Source of the DNA: Scyliorhinus canicula
Taxonomy: Eukaryota
DNA length: 64,000 bases
NCBI RefSeq assembly: GCF_902713615.1
Contig: NC_052154.1
Location: 146,827,875 to 146,891,874, forward strand
Direction of reading: 5' to 3'
Shown here one piece after another: positions 36,392-50,104 of this stretch. The stretch's first letter is position 1; each line of letters begins with the position of its first letter. The notes under the pieces are model-generated. The model ran no database searches and was not told where the DNA came from. It saw nothing but the letters and a program-made list of their open reading frames with translations. Both the position numbers and the translations under genes were made by a program.

Positions 36392-36811
36392 GTAATTAAG
36401 CACAGAAAGATATTGCTCCTGTTCAACCCCGTTACATTTTCTGTCACCTGTGTCCCATTCACTGATGCAATTAGCTGGGCTGGCAATTTGATGGTGGGGG
36501 TCCCCATTTTTCAGTCATGAAATGGATGCCACAGCACCTGGTATGGCCGTAGCATTGTTCAACTGAACATTATTGTTCATGACTGTGAAAGAGTGTCAAC
36601 AGTCAGGACCTGAAATATGAGTTAGGTGTTTTGCCTATGCAGCTAGTGGCCCTTCATGCCTCTTTGAAGATCCCGATACAAAATCAGGGTACCTTGTTCA
36701 TAGACATTCCATTGACTGTCCCACTTTTAGCTCTTTGCTTCATTTGAATCCGGGTGAATAGACCAACTGAGAAAGAATCAGAAGGTGAAGTTCCACCATT
36801 GCCTTTTACAG

Positions 36812-36948
36812 GAAGGCGAGTGGGATCCATGGGTCCAGCCAGTATGGTCCCCACAAAGAGTCCAATTCAGCCGGTAGTGGTGGCAGGCGGGTGGACAGAG
36901 CCTTCACCAGAGGAGGTGAAACTCATGGAAGATGTACAAAGCATGGAG
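36812..36948 (+). CDS. DCDC1: DCDC1 coding exon E (RRVGSMGPASMVPTKSPIQPVVVAGGWTEPSPEEVKLMEDVQSME)
   Basis: Acceptor ccttttacag, donor gtaggt, phase 1-0. Contains the MVPTKSP.QPVVV.GGWTE motif of DCDC1. Confidence 0.95.
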
Positions 36949-38363
36949 GTAGGTGCCACTTCATTGCTTCTCTTTATATCCAAAACACAAAGGTTTGTGC
37001 TAATGCATTTGGTTCTAGTTGGAGTTGGTTGGTTCTGAATCACGGGTTATAGGTTCAAACCACATTCCAAGACTCAAGCATGCATCTAGACTTCCACTCC
37101 AAAGGAAGGCTACATTGTCAGAAGTATGGGGTTCTTGAGCTGAGTAGGCCTGTTGGTTTGTTTGATTCCATGAATTTAAAGGAGGCTGGGAATCCTCAGA
37201 GTGCCCTCAACAAACACCGCAAAGAAAAAGATAAGCTGACTATTAAATTCATTGCTGTTTGTGGAATCTTGCTATGCATTTAGCTACATTACAATAAAAG
37301 TACTCCAAATTATATGGAGCAGTTAGAGTTATTTCTCAGGGATTTTGGAAGTCAGTTAGTGAAGGAAAACCTTTTTCCCACCACCATAAAATAAAGTGCA
37401 CTTATAAGAGGTGATAAAACCTTAAATACACAGAAAGTGATGAGGATTACAAGAGAGAGCTAAAGTTCAGCCAGAAATCTTCCCACCACCAGTATGATGT
37501 GCAAATTCCCTTATTTTTGATGATTGGTTACTGAGAAGTTGAGAACATGGCCCATTAATTTTCCTGGATGAGGTTTCAGTTGTAGCCCATGCTAATGGAA
37601 TGATGGTCTCCTCTCTCTGAAGTGACTGTGAAGATCCTCAATTAAGTGGGTCGAGGAGCCAGAAAGTGCAGATAATTCAATACAACTGTGAGTAAATTGG
37701 CAGGCTCAAACAGGGAGGCCATAAAGGGAAATGGAAAATGTCACATTGGTGCAGTACTAAGTGCTTTTCTAAGTATGTGATTGGATCTATTGTTGAGGTA
37801 GTGGAGGGGAAACATTATATCTAGGCTCCACTCTACCTGATCTCAAGTGCTCGATACCACCAATGGATCGCATAAAGGCAGCAAATTGTTTAATTTCCCA
37901 CTATCCTGAAAACTGTTTCACTTATTGGAGCACAGTCCCTAAGCCATGACAATGTTAAGCAAATCATTATTTTCCAGTACTTGGCCAGCATAGTTTTTAT
38001 TTTCAATTGCAGAAATAAGCCACAAGGAACTACTAGTATTGTAGCAATAATCCTCTGTCCACCATTTTAACATAGCCAATGGCCCTTACAAACTAAAGAA
38101 GCCACAAGAATGTGGCTGTCCACCAGTGGTCATTTCTACACTAAGTTGCATATCCTGAGCTCATCAAAGATCCTGTACAACTGCATGTTTGTCTTTTGTC
38201 ATTATGATATAGTGAAGAGGAGAATTCAGTCCACCTGTGTCTAAAGTTCTTGGTTTAGATATTGCGCTTGGAGGCTGCCTGCTTTATTCTCAGCCATTGC
38301 ATGCATGCATGCTTTATATGGTGCTGACTTTCTTCCTAACCTATCAATCCCTGACTTCCTTAG

Positions 38364-38540
38364 ATGCACCTCTCAGAAGTCCAAGCTGTCCTTATGAAAG
38401 AACGCTCTTCAATTTACAGCAAGTTGGCCTCCAGTCAAAGGCCTCTCTACAGTCAACCAAATGTCAAGAGGGTCCTGGCATATCTGAATGGTGATTTCCC
38501 AGACCAAGGAGCCTATGCCTGGGGCAAAACTATTCAAGAG
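38364..38540 (+). CDS. DCDC1: DCDC1 coding exon F (MHLSEVQ...LYSQPNVKRVLAYLNGDFPDQGAYAWGKTIQE)
   Basis: Acceptor cttccttag, donor gtaagc, 177 nt, phase 0-0. LY.QPN.KRV..YLNG...G.YAWGKTI marks the start of the last DCX domain. Confidence 0.95.
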
Positions 38541-38904
38541 GTAAGCAGTTGGTGAAAGAGCGTCTTTGCTTCCCATTGCAATGATTTCCACTCAGCTACT
38601 GCTGTTAGTGATCAAAGAGCACGAGCTACAGCACAAAAGTAAACACATCCCCCCCCCCCCCCACGCCACCATAAATATCTCATGACCTTACCACAAGATA
38701 CTAGGGAGAAAATTAGCTGCTCCTGGAACTGTATCTATGCAATTTGATCCCAGAATGCACCAGATGTGAGTTCACAAGATCAGCTTATTGAAATCATTGG
38801 TACATGCTGCCTGTGCTGGTTGGTTGAGATGGAGTAGTGGATTTTCCCCAATTCATGACTTGCTACTTCTATACTTGACAATTCTAAACCATTCCTGGCT
38901 TGTC

Positions 38905-39440
38905 TTCTATGTTCTAGCTTCTGTAAACTTGAGGTCATCTAAAACTCTGCTGCCCACGTCTTAACTCACCATAAGTCCCATTTGTTTATCACCCCTGTGC
39001 TCGCTGGCTTACGTTGCTTCCTGGCCAAGCAACGTCTTGACTTCATGAATTTGCATCCTTGTTTTCAACTCCTTCCACGATCTCGCACTTCCCTATCTCA
39101 TAATTCCTCGAATTCCACAACTCTGCAAGATATCTGCACTAATCTGTGGCTCGCCTCTCGAGCATCCCTGATTTTAATCACTTCAACATTGGTCACAGCA
39201 TCTTCAGCTGCTTAGGCTGTAAACTCTGGACATCCCTCCCTATACCTCTCCACTTCACTTCCTTGCTTTACCCCTTTAAGACTCTCCCTAAAACATGCGT
39301 CTTTGACCAAGTTCTTGTCATTTGACGCAATATCTTCTGACGTGGCTCAGTATCATATTCTGTTTTAGAATGTTCTTGTAAAATACGTAGGCATATTTTA
39401 TTCCATTGAAAGTGCTATATCATTATAAGATGTTGTTCTT
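38905..39440 (+). mobile_element. L2-like LINE 3' fragment; minus-strand relatives at about 3000-3310, 14310-15020, 43130-43680 and 46460-46910
   Basis: QNSAA.VLT..K....ITPVLA.L..L motif and the tail ...gtgctatat...tgttgtt. Confidence 0.65.
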
Positions 39441-39858
39441 ACAAGTAGGATATGTGATGTGCCGCCAACTCTCACAAGGCTGCATTTAACGAGATGCAAC
39501 ACCTTAAAAGAAAGTGCCCACCAGAATGGCGAACAGATGTGGTAAAAGATGGCATAATTCAAGGGCATAGGAGGAGAAGACTACTTTGGGGTACCATTTG
39601 TGTGCCACATTCATGTTGTACATCAACCTCCTTTCCCGTGTTGAGAACAACACACAACCTTGCAACCTCTTCAAAACGTTACAAGCATACCCACACCTTA
39701 GACAGGACCCACAATGAAGCTGCAACTTAGTTGAAAACCTTGGTGTGATGATACATTTAGAGGACTTCAACACATCAAGATGTTTGAACTCAACGTAGCT
39801 GCATGATGCACAAGTACTCATGAAGTCAAAAGGCGAACATGCCTGTCCCTACATACCT

Positions 39859-42287
39859 CAGAACAAGTACAGTGTGGAAGAGGCCCTTCGGTCCATCGAG
39901 TCTGCACCAATGTATGAAAAACACCTGATTATGCCTACATAATCCCATTTGCCAGCACTTGTTCTGTAGCCTTGAATAATATTAATATTATGACGTGCCC
40001 AGTACTTATTCAGATACTTTTTAAAGGACGTGAGGCAAACTGCCTCTACCACCCTCCCAGCCAGTGCATCTCAGACCATCACCACCCTCTGGGTAAAAAA
40101 GCATTGATCAAATCCCTCCTAAATCTCCTACCCCTCACCCGTCGTGACTGACTCTTTAACTAAGGGAACTGCTGCTCCCTATCCACCCTGTCCATGCCCC
40201 TCATAAACTTATACACCTCGATCCGGTCACCCCTCAGTCTTCTCTGCTCCAGTGAAAACAACCCAAGCCGATCCATAACTAAATTTTTATCCCAGGCAAC
40301 AACCTCTACACCCGCTCCAGTGCAATCACATCCTTCCTAAAATGTGGTGACCAGAATTGTACACAGTACTCCAGCTGTGGCTTCAGAAAAGTTCTGAACA
40401 ACTCCAACATGATCTTCCTGCTTTTGTAATCTCTGCCTCGGTTGATAAAGGCATCTGTCCTATATGCCTTTTTCACCACACTATTAACCTGCCCTCCCGC
40501 ACGTCAAGGTCCCTTTGTTCCTCGGAACTTCCCAGTATCATTGAATGCTTCCTTGCCAAAATACTCTTTCCAAAGTGTATCACCTCACATTTTTCAGTGT
40601 TAAATTCCATCGGCCACTTTTCTGCACAGTTGACCATCTCGTCTGTATATTCCTGTAACCCGAGACACTCAGCTTCACTGTTAACCACCCGAACAATCTT
40701 TGTGTCATCCGCAAATTTACTGATCCTACCCCGAATATAGTCATCTATGTCATTTATATAAATGGCAAACAACAGGGGACCCAGCACAGATCCCTGTGGT
40801 ATGCCACTGGACACTGGCTTCCAGTCACGAAACCAGCCGTCTGTCATCACCTTCCTACAGAAGCCAATTTTGAATACAGCTTATCAAGTTACCCTGTATC
40901 ACATATGTATTTGCCTTCTTTATAAGTCACTCATGTGGGACCTTGTCAAAGGCTTTACTGAAAGCTAAGTAAACTACATCAACTGCACTGCCCTCATCTA
41001 CAAACCTGGTCACATGCTCAAACAATTCAATTAAATTTGGTCGGCATGATCTCCCTCTGACAAAGCCATGCTGACTATTCCTGATCAAACCTTGCCTCTC
41101 CAAGTGGAGATAAATTCTCTCCTTCAGAATGTTCTCCAATAGTTTCCCTATCACTGACATGAGACTCACTGGTCTATAGTTCCCTGGCTTATCCCCACAA
41201 CCTTTCTTAAATAGTGGAACAACATTAGCTGTTTTCTAGTCCTCTGGCACCTCTCTGGTGGCCAAAGAGGAATAAAAAATTTGGGTCAGAGCCCTTGCAA
41301 TCTCCTCCCTCGCCTCCCACAACATCTTGGGACACAATTAGTCTGGACCTGGAGATTTGTCCACTTTTAAGCCTGCCAACACCTCCAATACCTTATCATT
41401 CCCAATGTCAATTTCCTCAATAACCTCACAGTCTCTCTCCCTGAGTTCCATATCTGCCTCCCCATTCTCTTGGGCAATGACAGATGTGAAATATTCATGC
41501 AGCGCCCTAACAATGGCCTTTGGCTCCACCTACAGATTGTCCCTTGGTCCCTGATAGGGCCTGCTCTTTCCCTGGCTATCCTCTTCCCATTGGTGGGCGG
41601 GATTCCCGATCCCCCACCAGGGTTGGAGAATTGCCGGGGTGGGGGGGGGGGGCGGGGGGGGTGGCATGAATCCCGCCCCCGACGGCTGCCGAATTCTCCT
41701 GCGCCGGGGATTTGGCGGGGGCGGGGGCGGGAATCGCGCCGTGCCTGTCGGCTGCCGCTCGCAGCGGATTCCCCCCCCCCCCCCGGTGATACTCCGCCCC
41801 GCAATGGGACGAGTGGCTGCCAGTTTTCAGCCAGTCCCGCCGGTGTACGTTACGCAGGTACTTACCAGCGGGACCTGGCTCTGAGGGCGGCATCCGGGGT
41901 CCTCGGGGGGGGGAGCGAAGGGGGATGGTGGCCTGGCTGACGCTGGCGCTCCCACACATGCACCAACTCGCGCTGGCCAGCGGAGGCCTTTCGCTGCCAG
42001 TTGGCATGGTGCCAAGCCCCTTCCGCGCTACGCCGGCGCCGGCCTAGCCCCTGAAGGTGTGGAGGATTCAGAGGCGGCCCGATACCACTCGCGCCGGCCA
42101 GCGGAGGCCTTTCGCTGCCAGTTGGCATGGCGCCAAGCCCCTTTTGCGCCACGCTGGCGCCGGCCTAGCCCCTGAAGGTGCGGAGGATTCAGGGGTGGCC
42201 CGATGCCAGAGTGGTTCATGCCACTCCTCGGGGCTGGAGTGGCCCGACCCGCCTGTTCACGGAGAATTCTGCCCGATATACTTATAT
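39859..42287 (-). mobile_element. CR1-clade LINE (RT and 3' end) split near its 5' end by a GC-rich MITE
   Basis: KSPGPD, QHGFVRGRSC, FSKAFDKVPH, GIPQGSVLGPLLF.IYIND, KFADDTK. 3' tail at about 39860. Sequence resumes after 42274. Confidence 0.92.
41595..42274. mobile_element. GC-rich MITE-like element inserted in a CR1, with an internal 121-bp tandem duplication
   Basis: gggcgggattccc...ggagaattctgccc. 41966-42086 is repeated from 42087. Confidence 0.8.
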
Positions 42288-44109
42288 ATCAACATATGTT
42301 GACATGTTGATATACGAACATAAGCTCCTTCAACCTTAAAATCTCTTATTCCAAGCCTACACCCATTATTAGCATTACCTTCACTTGCTATCTTTTCCGT
42401 TTTTCCATCTTCAGATGTAGGCCTCGATCCAAAACTCTGCAATGTCCTCCCATAATCTCTCTGTCCCTGTACCTCTTTCTTATTCTTTAAGATGCTCAAC
42501 TTGGTCACTATCAAATTGTATTTGATTACACTTCTAAGAAGCCTTTTGGATCCCTTGCGGCATTTGAATTTGTTTCAGGTGCTATATTAAAGCAAATTAT
42601 TGTTCTTATGGGGGTCACTGGCAAGGTCAGCATTTAGTCCAAAGATGTGCAGGTTAGGTGGATTGGCCATGATAAAATTGTCCTTAGTCCAAAATTGCCC
42701 TTAGTGTTGGGTGGGGTTACTGGGTTATGGGGATAGGGTGGAGGTGTTGACCTTGGGTAGGGCGCTCTTTCCAAGGGTCGGTGCAGACTTGATGGGCTGA
42801 ATGGCCTCCTTCTGCACTGTAAATTCTATGATGATATTGCCCATCCCTTGTGGCCCTGACAAGGTGCCACAGGACTAAAGATGTACTAAGCACTTTAAAT
42901 CTATTATACAAATCGCATTGCCTTTAAGAGATTGTTGTATGGCAGATCCTTTGTCCACATTAAAAATGAGCTGCGAAGACCAAGTACGCATTCTTGGAAA
43001 GTAGGGGAATTTCACCTGGTGTTAATTTGAATATTCTTGCAAGTATTCTGGGGTTGTAATCATGACAGGGTATGAAATGCTTTGAAACACTCTAGCAACG
43101 AGGTGTAGCCCACTGGAGAATCGATGCCATTTATATAGTACCTTTAACATAATGACATGTTCCAAGGTATTTCATCAGAAGGTGATCAAACAAAATTTGA
43201 CACCAAAATATTAGGATACGTGACCAAACGTTTGGTAAAGCATTTAGGTTTCTAGAAGTGTCTTAAAGAAGGATGCTGAAGGACAGCACGCTGGCGCAAT
43301 GGTTAGCACTGCTGCCTCATGCCTTTGAGGACCCAGGTTTGATCCGAGTCCCGGGTCATTGCCTGTGTGGAGTTTGCATATTCTCCCCGTGTCTGCATGG
43401 GTTTCACCCACACAACACAAAGATATGAGGACAGGTGGATTGGCCACACTAAATCGCCCCTTAATTGGATTTTTTAAAAAAGGAGGTCCAGATGGAGAAA
43501 TGGAGAGGTTTAGGAAAGGGACTCTGGAGCTTGCAGCCAGCTGAAGGCACAGTGGTGTGAAGAATGCAAGGGTTTTACAGGAGGTCAGAATTGGAGAAAA
43601 GTAGAGTACTCATAGAATTGTAGGGCTTTAGAAGTTTACAGACATAGCCAGGGGTGAGGGATTGAATACAAAGATGAGAAACGGGATTGTCTGTCCCAGG
43701 ATGTCCGGATCGTCTTCCCCAATGGAACGGAGAATCAGGTGTCAGGGCAAAATCAAGATCGGTGCCAGGCGCTGACCTGAATGCAATGCTCCGACCCTCC
43801 GCTGGAACGAGGTCCATGACACATGCCAGCGAGATCATGGAAATAGACGCAAATGGATCTTAATGAATCATCTGCATCTATTTAGCGGGCCTCGCACCCT
43901 ACGCTCTGGCCTCCAGCAATTCTCGGCCAGGATCATATAGGCGCAATCACTTGTCGTTTTTACAAGTGAGGCCCTGATGTAATGGACCTTGTGGTGGGTC
44001 AAGGGGGCAACCATACCAGGGCCATGCTGGTAGAGGCCACTAAACATCCGAGGGCCAACCCCCCCCAACAATGCACGGTGTGCCCATGACTCCTCAACCA
44101 GGCCCCACC

Positions 44110-44342
44110 CCCACAGGGACCGCTGTAATAAGGGGACCCCCCCATGGGGACCCTTGTAATAGGGGGACCCCCACAGGGACCGCTGTAATAGGGGGACCCC
44201 CACAGGGACCCCTGTAATAGGGGGACCCCCACAGGGACCCCTGTGAATAGGGGGACCAACCCCCCACAGGGACCCCTGTGAATAGGGGGACCAACCCACC
44301 ACAGGGACCCCTATAATTGGGAGACCCTTCACAGGGACCCCT
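44110..44342. repeat. About 29-bp minisatellite (ccacagggacccctgtaatagggggaccc), roughly 7-8 units
   Basis: Head-to-tail units visible directly, lying inside an old GC-rich repeat. Confidence 0.9.
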
Positions 44343-44529
44343 TGACTAAAGTAACCCCCTCCCCGACCCCCTCCACACACAGATCTCCCCTACCCCACAC
44401 AGACCCCCTCACCTGAAAAAGGGAGACCTGTCTGGAATCTAGAGCACAGTGCAGTCAGGGGCAGTGGGAAGCATTATATTTGTAATACTTACCTAGCAGC
44501 TCCACGTGACCATTCCTCGAAGGGGGTTA

Positions 44530-46327
44530 TTGGGGGAATCATGAGTACCTTGGAGGAGGTTGATCGCTTTCTGTATACAAGCTAAGTATGGAGAAGAGTG
44601 AGGTGTTCCAGATCGAGGCCAGGGGGTAAGAGAGGAGGTTGGGAGAGCTGCCGTTCAAGGTGGTGGGGGCGAGCATTGCATCAAGTACTTGGGTATCCAG
44701 GTGGCGCGGGGATAGGTGCAGCTACAAAACCTGAATCTGGCTTGGTTGGTGGAGCAGGTGAAGGGAGATTTTAAGAGATGTGATGAGTTGCTGCTGTCCC
44801 TGATCAGGCGGGTGCTGACAGAGAAAATGGTGTTGCTGTCAAGGCTCCTATTTCTGTTTCAGAAACTCCTGATTTTCATCCCAAAATCATTTTTCAAGAA
44901 GGTTAACGCTTTGATTTTGGGGTTTGTGTGGGCAGGGAAAACCCCGCGGGTGAAGAAGGTGCTGTTGGAGTGGGGGTGAGATGGGTGGGGGGGCTGGCCT
45001 TGCCAAACATAATGAATTATTACTGGGCAGCTGATATAGCCATGGTTAGGAAGTGGGTAGTGGGGGAACGGTCAGTGTGGGGGTGGATGGAGGCGGCCTC
45101 TTGCAGGGGAACGGGTTTAGGAGCACTGTTGACGGTGCCTCTGCCATTCTCTCCAGCCAGCTGTTCCACGAGCCCAGTGGTGCTGGCTGCCCTGAGGGTA
45201 TGGGGGCAGTGATGGCAGCATCTGAGAATGGAAGGTGCCTCGGTGTGGGCACTAATTTGTGACAATCACAGGTTTGCACCGGGGCGGGGCTGGACGCAAG
45301 GTTTTTGGGGTGGAGGCAGACAGGAACCGGGCAGTTTGTGGACCTGTTTCTGGGGGGCAGCTTAGAGGACCCGGAGGAGGAATATGAACTGCCCAGCGGG
45401 AATGGTTTTAGATACTTACAGGTTCGGGATTTTGTGAGGATGCAGGTGTTGTGCTTTCTCGGTTTGCCACCCTTGGGATTTCAAGAGAAGGTGCTATCAA
45501 GGTAAGAAGTGATGGAGGATAAGGTGTTTGAGGTTTATAAGGAGCTAATGGACTGGGAGGGAGCCCTGACAGGAAAAGTCAAACGTAAATGGGAGGAGGA
45601 TCTGGGGAGAAGCGGAGGGGGGGTGGGGAGGGGGGGGGGGGGGTGGAGGCCAGGGTGTGGAAGGAGACCCTGAGGAGGGTGAATGCATCCTCGTCGTGTG
45701 TGAGGCTTAGCCTTATCCAGTTCAAGACAGTTCATAGGGCACCCATGATGGTGGCTAGTTTGAGTAAATGTTTTGAGCGGGTAGAGGATAGGTGTGGGTG
45801 GTACATGGGGTAAAGGATAGGTGTGGGCGGTGCATGGGGTGGTCTTCGCGGATGTAATTTCAGAGGTTTTGAGGATGAAGGTGGTCCCGAGTCAAGAAGT
45901 GGCGATATTTGGAGTGTCGGAAAACCCAGGAGTGTAGTGGGGGAGAAAGGCCGGTGTCCTGGCATTTGCCTTCCTGATAGTGGAGGGACCCGGAGCCAGC
46001 GAAGTCGGGAGTGGGTGAGTGACCTGACAGGGTTCCTAAGGTTGGGAAAAAAAATTAGGTTTGTCTTGAGAGAGTCGGTCAATGGGTTTTCCCGGAGGTG
46101 AAAGCCGTTCATCGACTTCTTCAAGGAGAATTGAGGGGTCAGCAGGGGAAGGAGGGGAGAGGGACGGGCTAAAGGGGTTAAAACAGGGAAGACTGGACGG
46201 GAGGAGGAGTAAGACAGGGGGGTTTGGGTGTTGATTAGCGAGTTATTTATTATGATGTCCCTGTTTGATCTTGCTTTTGTATTTACTGTTTATATAAATG
46301 CCTCAATAAAATTATTTTTAAAAAACA
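44530..46327 (+). mobile_element. L1-clade LINE 3' remnant
   Basis: KYLGIQ, FIPKSFFKKVN.LI.GFVWAGK.PR, GGLALPN..YYWAA, LSLIQFK.VHR. aataaa near 46305 followed by an A-rich tail. Confidence 0.88.
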
Positions 46328-47090
46328 TTTCTGAGGAAATAATACAAATCATGTATACCAAGAAAAGAAAAAAAAAGAATGTGCACAGGATGAAAAGACG
46401 GATTGAAAGATGAGCTGAACTGGAGTTCGTGAAAACGCAGCTTACGTCACATGACCCCTTTAAAGAGGGAAGTTTAAATGAACAAGAGGGAGGAGAAAAT
46501 GAAATAGACAGGCAGAGAGGTGTAGGGAGGGGTCTTCATCTGTTAGGGTCTAGAAGGGCTGGCTGCCAATGGTTAAGCGATTAAAATTGGCGATGCTCAA
46601 GAGGCCAGATTTAGATGAATCTAGATACCTGGTAGTGTTGTGGGGCTGGAGGAGAATAAATTAGATAAATATTAATAATAATCTTTATTATTGCCACAAG
46701 TAGGCTTACATTAACACTGCAATGAAGTTACTGTGAAAATCTCCTAGTCGCCATACTCTGGCGCCTGTTCAGGATAGGGAGAAGCAAGGCCGCATGGAGG
46801 GACTTGAAAACAAGCATGAGAATTTTAAAATTAGGATGTTGTTTGAGCCATTGTAGGGGTGACAGGCAAAGGGAATTGATGGGAGTTAGGATATACTTGC
46901 AGCAGCATTCATGTTGATGAACAGGTAGTGAGGAGGTAATAGATATTCGGCTGCCCAAGGTCCACCTGATTCGATTTTTGAGTGAGCCTTGAAATAGGTT
47001 GGCAACTGTTCAGCCTAAAATGAGTGAGTTCCTCACCGACAAATTTTAACCTAGATCCAACACCAATTGTGAAGCCCTCAACGTGGTTAG

Positions 47091-47271
47091 TAATAATAAT
47101 AATAATCGCTTATTGTCACAAGTAGGCTTCAATGAAGTTACTGTGAAAAGCCCCTTGTCACAACATTCCAGTGCCTGTTCGGGGAGGTGGGTACGGGAAT
47201 TGAACCCGCGCTGCTGGTCTTGTTCTGCATTACAAGTCAGCTGTTTAGCCCACTGTGCTAAAACCAGCCCC
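47091..47271 (-). mobile_element. Second short tRNA-headed SINE family (other copies or tails at about 14372-14544, 10001-10093, 46672-46770 on -, and 16386-16470 on +)
   Basis: Shared tail ggggcttttcacagtaacttcattgaagcctacttgtgacaataagcg ending in (att)n or (atttc)n. Confidence 0.8.
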
Positions 47272-49528
47272 TTGCTACAGAGGACAGAGCCTTTGCTAAC
47301 TCTGCCCACAATTTGAGTGGCCTAGCTAGTGGGGTTTAACCACAGTGTAAGAGCCACTGATTTCTGGAAGGCTGTGCTCCCTCCCTGGCCTCTGGAAAGT
47401 TTTCCAGCCTGCTACCAGTCTTGTGCACCTGTTCCCCGCCACAGGATAGCTTCTCCTGCCCTTTCTCTCCCAACAACTTTAAAGCAACCATGCCTTCACC
47501 ATTCCCGTCCTACTGGTTGGCAGTAGGTCCTCATTCATACTGGCAGTATGTCTCCACCATGCGCCATCCATGGGTGGACTGTGTCATGTCTTTTTGGAGT
47601 CTATCTGAAAATTTGCTCTGTGGTGTCTAGAGCTAGCTAGGGCAACAAATTATTGTTCTTGTAAAGAGAATCAAGGGATGGAATTTCCTGTAGGCACCAG
47701 GAGCCTCACCCACTGGTTGGGGAGTCAGCGACAGCCTTGCTTCACCTCTTTTTGGGAAGACTCACCATATTAAGTGCCAATCTGGCGCATAACTGGGCAG
47801 CAGTGGACCTTCCCCCAGGACATGACCCCAGGGGTGGATGTTCCTCTAATCAGAGGTCAGCAGCTCTTCACCCTTGGCAGCGGCACAGGAAGAGGTGCTG
47901 GCTGCTGTCAGTAATGCACCCACCCAAGGTCCAGGGACTTAGACCATAGTTGAATGATGGCAGAATGGGAATCATAGGGTGCCAATCACAGGGGAGAGGG
48001 TCGGCGGCAAGGGTGGGTGGGTGGTTCCTAGCAGCCCTCACCTTCCTGATGCAGGGTCCCTCAATCATGCACTGAGTGTCTTTCAACAAGGGGCCCCTCC
48101 ACTGGCAACCCACAAGTAACCTCACCAGGATTTGTTTTTGGGCCTCCTGCATGGCATGTCCCTCAACCCCCGGCTGGGTGAATGTCAGCGGGGGTGGGAT
48201 ATAGCCTCAGTTAGCACTCGGGCGGGAAGTCCGCCACGAGCCTCCCCACCAGAGACCTATTCGGGGAAGAGACAGGAAGGTGGTGAGGTCTCCAACTGTC
48301 ATCGTTGCCCCAAAATTTAATTCTTCACTGACATTAAACTTGCTTTAGAGGAGGGCATTAAATTCCATGTACAGAATTGTACAGCTAAGGAGATTTGCCC
48401 ATTATTTCAGTACCAGCTCTTCAAAAGTAATTTATCTCTATTTAATTATTAATTAGCTGATGGTCCAGTGAGAAATATCAGAATCTTAACTGCTAGGCAG
48501 GACCCAGAACTTAGATTCAGGCACACACTGAGAAATTCCTATCGAAATTCAGAACTACCTTTGTCAATAGCATGTGCTTGAATTTCCAATGTGTTCTTTC
48601 TGCCAGTGGGTGAGGCTCCATGTCCACAACACCCACTCCATAAGGTATGTACATACTGAAGTGCTTGCGTGCAAAGATAAGCATCTTTGCACCCACTCTA
48701 GTGGTGTGACTCCGGCCATATTGATTACTTTCATCCCCCCCATTTTTAATAGTTTAACAATAGCCAATTATTAATCAATCCATGATTTCAAGTAACACAA
48801 TTTTCAACTGTATTTTGATGTGATTTCTTTGGATCTACTCTGGGTCACTCTCTGTATCAGCTGGAGCTCAGCGGCTAACACATTTGCCTCAGAGACTAGG
48901 TCATGGGTTCAAGTTCCACCCCAGAGATCTGAGCATAGAATTTAGGTTGGCAATCCAATGCAGTACTGAGAGCGTGCTGCACTGCAGCTGCAGGAGGCGC
49001 CCTTCAGATGAGAGGACCCCAGCTGTCTTTTCAGGAAGATGCAAAGAAATCCCTCAGCACTGCTTGAAGAAGAGCAAGGGAGTTCTGCGCTACTTCAAAC
49101 AACACCTAAAACAGATGATCTGAACCTGCAGGGTGAAAAATTACATTTATATAGCACCTTTCAAGACCATAGGATGTCCCAAAGTACTTTACAGCCAATG
49201 GAATACTCTTTGAAGTGTAGCCATGATTTTAATCTTGGAAATATGGGGGCTAACTTCTGCACAGCAAGCTCCCACAAACAGTAATGTGATACTAACCAGA
49301 TAGTTTGTTTTCTGTGATGTTGATTGAGGGATAATTGTAGGCCATGGCACCAGGGAGACCTCAGGGCTTTTTCTTCTTGACTATTTTCCTGTCGAAATTT
49401 CACATGAAGAAATATAAAGACATGGAAAATAAAACAGAGGCAGCTGCCCCCTGTTTTTTTGTTTATCACATCTGAAATATTTCTCGACGTTTGCGTGTTA
49501 TAAAAATTGTTCTTTTTCCATGCTTTAG

Positions 49529-49679
49529 CTGCTGGAAAACTGCACAGCTCGACTTAAGCTACGATGCACAGCTAAGATCCTATTCAGCCCTGATGGAGAG
49601 CAGATCACCTCGTGGGAAAGAATAGAGCGAGACATGTTGGTGTGCGTATCTCTGGGCGAGCCTTTCATGACTAGCACAG
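49529..49679 (+). CDS. DCDC1: DCDC1 coding exon G (LLENCTARLKLRCTAKILFSPDGEQITSWERIERDMLVCVSLGEPFMTST)
   Basis: Absent from the + ORF track. Acceptor ttctttttccatgctttag, donor gttggt, 151 nt, phase 0-1. Completes the DCX domain (SW..IERDM..CVS.G..F). Confidence 0.94.
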
Positions 49680-50104
49680 GTTGGTACTGTCTGAGTGAAT
49701 ACCAAGACCAGATTTTAAAAAGTGCTGACATACATAGTGTCCCTTAGATTAATGGGTTTTATCAGCATGGGCAGGGAGTATGAAGCCTGTTTTATGTTGT
49801 CTGGTGCACTAATTAACAGCCTATGCACACACATTCAAACTTGAAGGGCTTAATGAATCAGACAAATGACATGGTCAAACATGTAATTACTTTTTTTTTG
49901 TGATAATGCACTTTTATTTTAACCAATTCATGTTTATCAAAGAGCGAAACCAATGGAAATGAAAAGTGAGGCCTTTTCTACAATGGTTGATTTGCAATGC
50001 CGGTTCAAACCAGGTGGGATGGAAAATTTAAACTCTGCCTCAGTTTTCAGAGGTTAAGAGTGAGTTTCCCAATAGGTGAGATGGTCACATCCTTTCTGGG
50101 GATG

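Noticed and set aside
44110-44342. CRISPR-like array of about 29-bp palindromic repeats
   Set aside because: Units are head-to-tail with no unique spacers, there are no cas genes, and the context is a vertebrate intron.
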